Below, one piece after another: positions 60,125 through 64,000 of a DNA stretch of 64,000 bases. The notes under the pieces are model-generated. The model saw only the letters and a list, made by a program, of their open reading frames with translations, made no database searches and was not told where the DNA came from. The position numbers and the translations under genes were made by a program. The stretch comes from an uncultured Leptospiraceae bacterium. Its GTDB lineage: Bacteria > Spirochaetota > UBA4802 > UB4802. Numbering within the stretch: the first letter of the stretch is position 1; each line of letters begins with the position of its first letter. The DNA lies in NCBI GenBank assembly GCA_964629365.1, contig CAZVRB010000001.1, positions 38,693-102,692 of the forward strand, read 5' to 3'.

Positions 60125-60140
60125 AGATTGTCTCCTTCGA

Positions 60141-61169
60141 TTAATATCCGATCAGCATCAACACTATACCAACCAGCAGGCCAACTATCAAATTTATAGT
60201 TTTTACCAGGAAAAAGTCCTTACGTGAATGTGCAAGAAGCGGAATCATACCATGCCCGTCCTGCACTATAGAGCTTGTAAGCAATATCGATATGGGGATA
60301 ATACCTTTTGAATACATGGTGACAAATGCCAGGTGAGGACCGGATTCAGGTATAAAACCAATCAACCCGGATAAAAAGAGAACAAAATACGAGTTGTCCT
60401 GAATAAGGGGCTCAATATCCATTTGCTCAATCAGTATATGTATGATCAGCAGGGCGCCGAATGTCCACAGAAAAATGCGGGGGACGTGACGCTTAACCAC
60501 GTGTTCCCACAGGTGCTCCTCGAGAAAATGATCCGGCACTGTTGACACGATAAACAGGGCAATACCGATGGCAACCATAAGCGTGTAGCGTACCCAGTTC
60601 CATTCTTCCGGCCCGATGGTTCCATTAACAATCATGATTGCAAGAACTATCATAACAAGCACAAGTGATGCCCGTGATAATGACAGGTTTTTCCAATGCT
60701 GCAATATTTTTCCCCTGGGAAAACAGTCGCAATGATGGGGTGGGTGGATCTGCAGGCCATCACATTCTAAAACACATGCTGACTTTCGGGAGGCAAATAT
60801 TTTATCAACAATGAAACCGGCTAGCAATCCGATGGGAATCATTATCCCCATTATGATGAAGGCGGTTTCCGGTATCATGGCAAACATCACAAATGCTTCA
60901 TCACCGCTTGTGACGATCATGGCAGCTACAAGTGCTCCCAGTGACACAACCCGATGGCTGTACATGGCAACCACCATAAAGGCCCCCAGGCACCCCGGTG
61001 TGGCGCCCAGCAGCACAGCCAGCAGGTATTGCCCCCATGGCTTTTCGGCCATTCGCTGCTGCCATGTACCGCTTGTTATAACGTTAATATACTCGATCAT
61101 GAGCATCATCACAAACACGAATGATGTAATCATGAGAGCGTGTCTGAATGTGTGTACCAGTTCGTGCAT
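60141..61169 (-). CDS. Polytopic membrane protein of unknown function with Cys/His-rich loop (possible metal transporter)
   Basis: 342 aa, about 10 hydrophobic helices. Central loop ACVLECDGLQIHPPHHCDCFP. Confidence 0.45.
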   Translation of the reverse strand: MHELVHTFRHALMITSFVFVMMLMIEYINVITSGTWQQRMAEKPWGQYLLAVLLGATPGCLGAFMVVAMYSHRVVSLGALVAAMIVTSGDEAFVMFAMIPETAFIIMGIMIPIGLLAGFIVDKIFASRKSACVLECDGLQIHPPHHCDCFPRGKILQHWKNLSLSRASLVLVMIVLAIMIVNGTIGPEEWNWVRYTLMVAIGIALFIVSTVPDHFLEEHLWEHVVKRHVPRIFLWTFGALLIIHILIEQMDIEPLIQDNSYFVLFLSGLIGFIPESGPHLAFVTMYSKGIIPISILLTSSIVQDGHGMIPLLAHSRKDFFLVKTINLIVGLLVGIVLMLIGY

Positions 61170-61351
61170 TATAATTCACCCGATTTTTTTTATTGAAACC
61201 GCAATTTGAATTTATACTATATACCAGCTTTTATTTTTTGAACAAGAACAAATTTTGAATTGTTTTTAACTACTCAACAAGTTGTTAATTTCTTGACACT
61301 TCCGGATATGGGAGCATATATTTCTATACAATCAGTAATTGTTACTTAACG

Positions 61352-61783
61352 GTGATTTTATTCAGGCGGAAGCAAATGAACATATACCGATTTTTTACTA
61401 AATCTATATTAATTCTATTAATAATTTTTCTTATTCCCCAATGCAATGCCGAGGGAACGAAAATAACTTTATGGGTTATCACCTCATACCAAGGTTTTAC
61501 AGGTTATTATATCAAAAACGGAGAGAAAAAAGTAAATTTTCAGGTTACGACAGTTGATGCATATCAGCAGGCAACCATGGAAGCTGAGATAAGCGATGTT
61601 GACTATCTTAATATTTCTGTTGAAACAGATCAGGATGCTAGAACTGTTCAAATAATGATCTATAAAGACAACAAAAAGGTTAAAAGTGCTTACGAGGAAA
61701 TTGTCTTTAACGGAACAATATATCCTTCAACTATACTGCAACTGGATTATGAATACGGTGAAGGTGAAGAAGATGAAGAATGA
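61352..61783 (+). CDS. Hypothetical secreted protein
   Basis: 143 aa, signal peptide, acidic C-terminus (GEGEEDEE). Confidence 0.4.
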   Translation: MILFRRKQMNIYRFFTKSILILLIIFLIPQCNAEGTKITLWVITSYQGFTGYYIKNGEKKVNFQVTTVDAYQQATMEAEISDVDYLNISVETDQDARTVQIMIYKDNKKVKSAYEEIVFNGTIYPSTILQLDYEYGEGEEDEE

Positions 61784-61816
61784 AAAACACACAAAATATT
61801 CTCATGGAGAAAATCA

Positions 61817-62266
61817 ATGCTGAACTTTGAAATTCAGGATGCCACCCGGGAACTTGCCATTGCCCGGGCGCTGAAAACATATGAACCACCATTTCAAATT
61901 ATTGACAATTACCGGCTTATCGATAATGGGATTGACCCAGAGGCAACTGTACAGATAGAGGCTAACGGACGGGAGATTCATGAAGCATCAACCGGCAATG
62001 GCCCTGTAGACGCGCTTGCCAAGGTGCTGAAAAAAGGCCTTATTCCTCTTTTCCCGGAAATCGAGAGTGTGGCGCTGGTAGATTATCGTGCCAACATAAT
62101 GGACGCAAAAAGGGGCACCAGCACCGAGGTTGAAGTAACCATTCTATTCACCAACGGCAATGATGTATGGAAGGTTTACGCGGTTTCTGAAAACATTAAC
62201 GCTGCTTCTTTCCATGTACTTGTTGACGGGTTTGAGTATGCCGTGTTGAAATACCATTCAGCATAG
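61817..62266 (+). CDS. Standalone LeuA allosteric (dimerisation/regulatory) domain protein
   Basis: 149 aa resembling the C-terminal regulatory domain of 2-isopropylmalate/citramalate synthases (GNGPVDA...TSTEVEVTILF), without the TIM-barrel catalytic domain. Confidence 0.5.
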   Translation: MLNFEIQDATRELAIARALKTYEPPFQIIDNYRLIDNGIDPEATVQIEANGREIHEASTGNGPVDALAKVLKKGLIPLFPEIESVALVDYRANIMDAKRGTSTEVEVTILFTNGNDVWKVYAVSENINAASFHVLVDGFEYAVLKYHSA

Positions 62267-62279
62267 CTGATAGCTGTAC

Positions 62280-64000
62280 TCATGTTATTTCAACCCCGAT
62301 AATTGCCATATCATCCTCAAAAGTTGGTATACCCTGGAACTCTTCAACCTTTTTTAGAATTGATTCAATAGAATCAGAAAGGGTTTCGCCGGCCGTTTTG
62401 CGTATTATTTCTGACAGTCCCTCAAGACCAAGCATCTCCTTTTTTCTATCATATACCTCAATTATTCCATCGGTGAAAAGGTATACCCTGTCCCCCTTTT
62501 CAAGTTCTACAGATTTTTCATGTATAACCAGATCATTAAACATTCCAAGAATTGTGCCTTTTGATTTAAGCATTGCGATAGAATTGTCATTCTTTTTCAA
62601 CAGCACCGGATATGGATGACCGCCACGGGCAAAGGATATTTTTGTCTCACCTGAAATGGTATCACGACTGAAGATGGCATACAAGGCGGTGATAAAATAA
62701 CCCGACATTATACCAAGCAGTTCATTGTTAATATGCAGTATATAATCTGCGGGGGATGTATAGAGTCCTTCGTCCATTTTCTGTGTTGTAAATTTCAAAA
62801 GTGCGGTAAAAAGCGCTGCTGAAACACCATGTCCTGTGACATCACCAATAAATACACTGAAAGAATCCGGACCGATATCATGAAAAGTAAAAAAATCACC
62901 TCCAACCGCGTCCAGGGGAATATAACGATACTGCACCAGGAAACCGTCCTTTTGGGGGACTGTTTTTGGGAGCAGTGCTTTTTGAATTGTCTGGGCATTT
63001 TTCAAATCATTTTCAATAATATCATTTCTTACACGAAGACGATTTTCACTTTCAATAAGTGCGTCTTCAGCCTGTTTTCTTTCGGTTATATCCTCTTTTA
63101 CTGCCACGTAATGTGTTATCACCCCATTTTCATCTTTTACAGGAGAAATTGAAGAAAACTCCCAAAAGGCTCCCCCGTCTTTTTTCAGATTGTGAAATTC
63201 ACCCCTCCATTCGCGACCGTCTGTTATAGTCTCCCAGAGTCCTTTGTAAAATTCATTTGGTTGTGATCCTGATTTCATTATCCTTGGATTCTTACCTATA
63301 ACTTCATGAAATTCATAACCAGTCAGCTGGGTAAACTTGGGATTCACATACTCGATATTCCCTTTTGTATCAGTTATAACTACGGTGGCGGGACTCTGTT
63401 CAACAGCCTGAATGAGTTTTCTTAATTCTCCTTCCGCCAGGCTCTGCTCTGTTACATCCTCGGCTGTGCCAATAAGACCACGCAACCTGTTATGTTGAAT
63501 CAGGGGTACAAGCCTGTACTTGATTGTTTTCTCAGCAGCATCCTTTCTTACCAGGGTTGTTTTCTGCTCAACTGATCCTGACCTGTCCTTCTGTGAAGAA
63601 AAATATTCATTAACATCATCAAACACGGTATCCGGTATAAGTCGTGAAGAGCTCGTTCCGATCAGTTCTCCCACTGTATAGCCTGTCAGCTCTTCAGCCC
63701 TGCTGTTTGCCATTATAATATCACCCCGTAAATCCAGCACGAACATGGTATCTATGGCAGAATTCATGATAATCTCAAGAAACTCGTATGAACTCTGAAG
63801 TGCCTCAAGTGATTTTTTTCTTTCCGTAATATCCTCGGCCACTTTCATATAATGCAGCACCTTGCCGTTTTCATTTTTAATAGCACTGAATGCCGCAGAC
63901 TCCCAGTATATTTTCCCGTTCTTTTTCCTGTTACAGAGTTCACCATGCCAGGATTCTCCCTGCCTTAACGAAGACCACAACTCGTCGTAGACATCCCTGC
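62280..64000 (-). CDS. PAS/PAC sensor protein with C-terminal PP2C (SpoIIE/RsbU-like) phosphatase domain, N-terminus beyond window end
   Basis: At least three PAS/PAC-like segments and a C-terminal PP2C domain (IGDVTGHGVSAALF...LFTDGIIE). The frame remains open to position 64000. Confidence 0.7.
   Translation of the reverse strand, partial: RDVYDELWSSLRQGESWHGELCNRKKNGKIYWESAAFSAIKNENGKVLHYMKVAEDITERKKSLEALQSSYEFLEIIMNSAIDTMFVLDLRGDIIMANSRAEELTGYTVGELIGTSSSRLIPDTVFDDVNEYFSSQKDRSGSVEQKTTLVRKDAAEKTIKYRLVPLIQHNRLRGLIGTAEDVTEQSLAEGELRKLIQAVEQSPATVVITDTKGNIEYVNPKFTQLTGYEFHEVIGKNPRIMKSGSQPNEFYKGLWETITDGREWRGEFHNLKKDGGAFWEFSSISPVKDENGVITHYVAVKEDITERKQAEDALIESENRLRVRNDIIENDLKNAQTIQKALLPKTVPQKDGFLVQYRYIPLDAVGGDFFTFHDIGPDSFSVFIGDVTGHGVSAALFTALLKFTTQKMDEGLYTSPADYILHINNELLGIMSGYFITALYAIFSRDTISGETKISFARGGHPYPVLLKKNDNSIAMLKSKGTILGMFNDLVIHEKSVELEKGDRVYLFTDGIIEVYDRKKEMLGLEGLSEIIRKTAGETLSDSIESILKKVEEFQGIPTFEDDMAIIGVEIT

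Overview
This 64 kb window reads as a chromosomal segment from a moderately AT-rich, probably anaerobic bacterium, with almost all genes on the minus strand. The gene content and order (flbD-motA-motB-fliL..., FapA/DUF342, a Maf/DUF115 gene, PPi-type PFK, ADP-forming acetyl-CoA synthetase) suggest a spirochaete-, Firmicutes- or Thermotogae-like lineage. No tRNA or rRNA gene, CRISPR array, transposase or prophage gene was recognised.

The window has three main parts:

1. Chemotaxis and flagellar super-operon, about 0-18 kb. Reading 5' to 3' on the minus strand (descending coordinates) the order is flbD, motA, motB, fliL, fliY, fliZ/fliO, fliP, fliQ, fliR, flhB, flhA, flhF, flhG, a hypothetical membrane protein, fliA (sigma-28), a FapA-like DUF342 gene, two hypotheticals, cheR and cheD (truncated by the window edge). 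fliM is conspicuously absent from this block. A Maf-like (DUF115) gene is translationally coupled to flbD.

2. A compositionally distinct block, about 21-31.4 kb, that looks clearly more GC-rich by eye. It encodes a 1786-aa bacterial alpha-2-macroglobulin lipoprotein with an intact CIEQ thioester motif. Its immediate downstream partner overlaps it and is not the usual PBP1c but a fusion of a SpoIID/LytB domain to a penicillin-binding transpeptidase-like domain. Next comes a 971-aa secreted protein with an HEXXH motif, TolB-like PD40 beta-propeller repeats and a C-terminal Omp85/BamA-like barrel. I consider this three-gene envelope module the most interesting candidate for an undescribed system in the window.

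3. A housekeeping region, about 31.5-64 kb. It contains a VanW-like gene, NUDIX, pdxA, bactofilin, LysM-M23 peptidase, a complete F1Fo ATP synthase operon (atpZ-BEFHAGDC), a SurA-like PPIase, PPi-PFK, both subunits of ADP-forming acetyl-CoA synthetase and galE. It ends in a truncated PAS-PP2C phosphatase gene.

Other points worth a second look are a perfect 11-bp-arm palindrome plus a third half-site in an unusually long motB-fliL spacer, a CsgG-like/VWA periplasmic protein next to the motility genes, and a gene pair encoding a hyper-acidic 736-aa protein and a GAF protein with a degenerate GGDEF domain. There is also a standalone LeuA allosteric-domain protein, an orphan HicB-like gene and three clean rho-independent terminators.

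All calls come from reading the translated ORFs and DNA by eye. Start codons are approximate, because the ORF track appears to use the first ATG/GTG/TTG.
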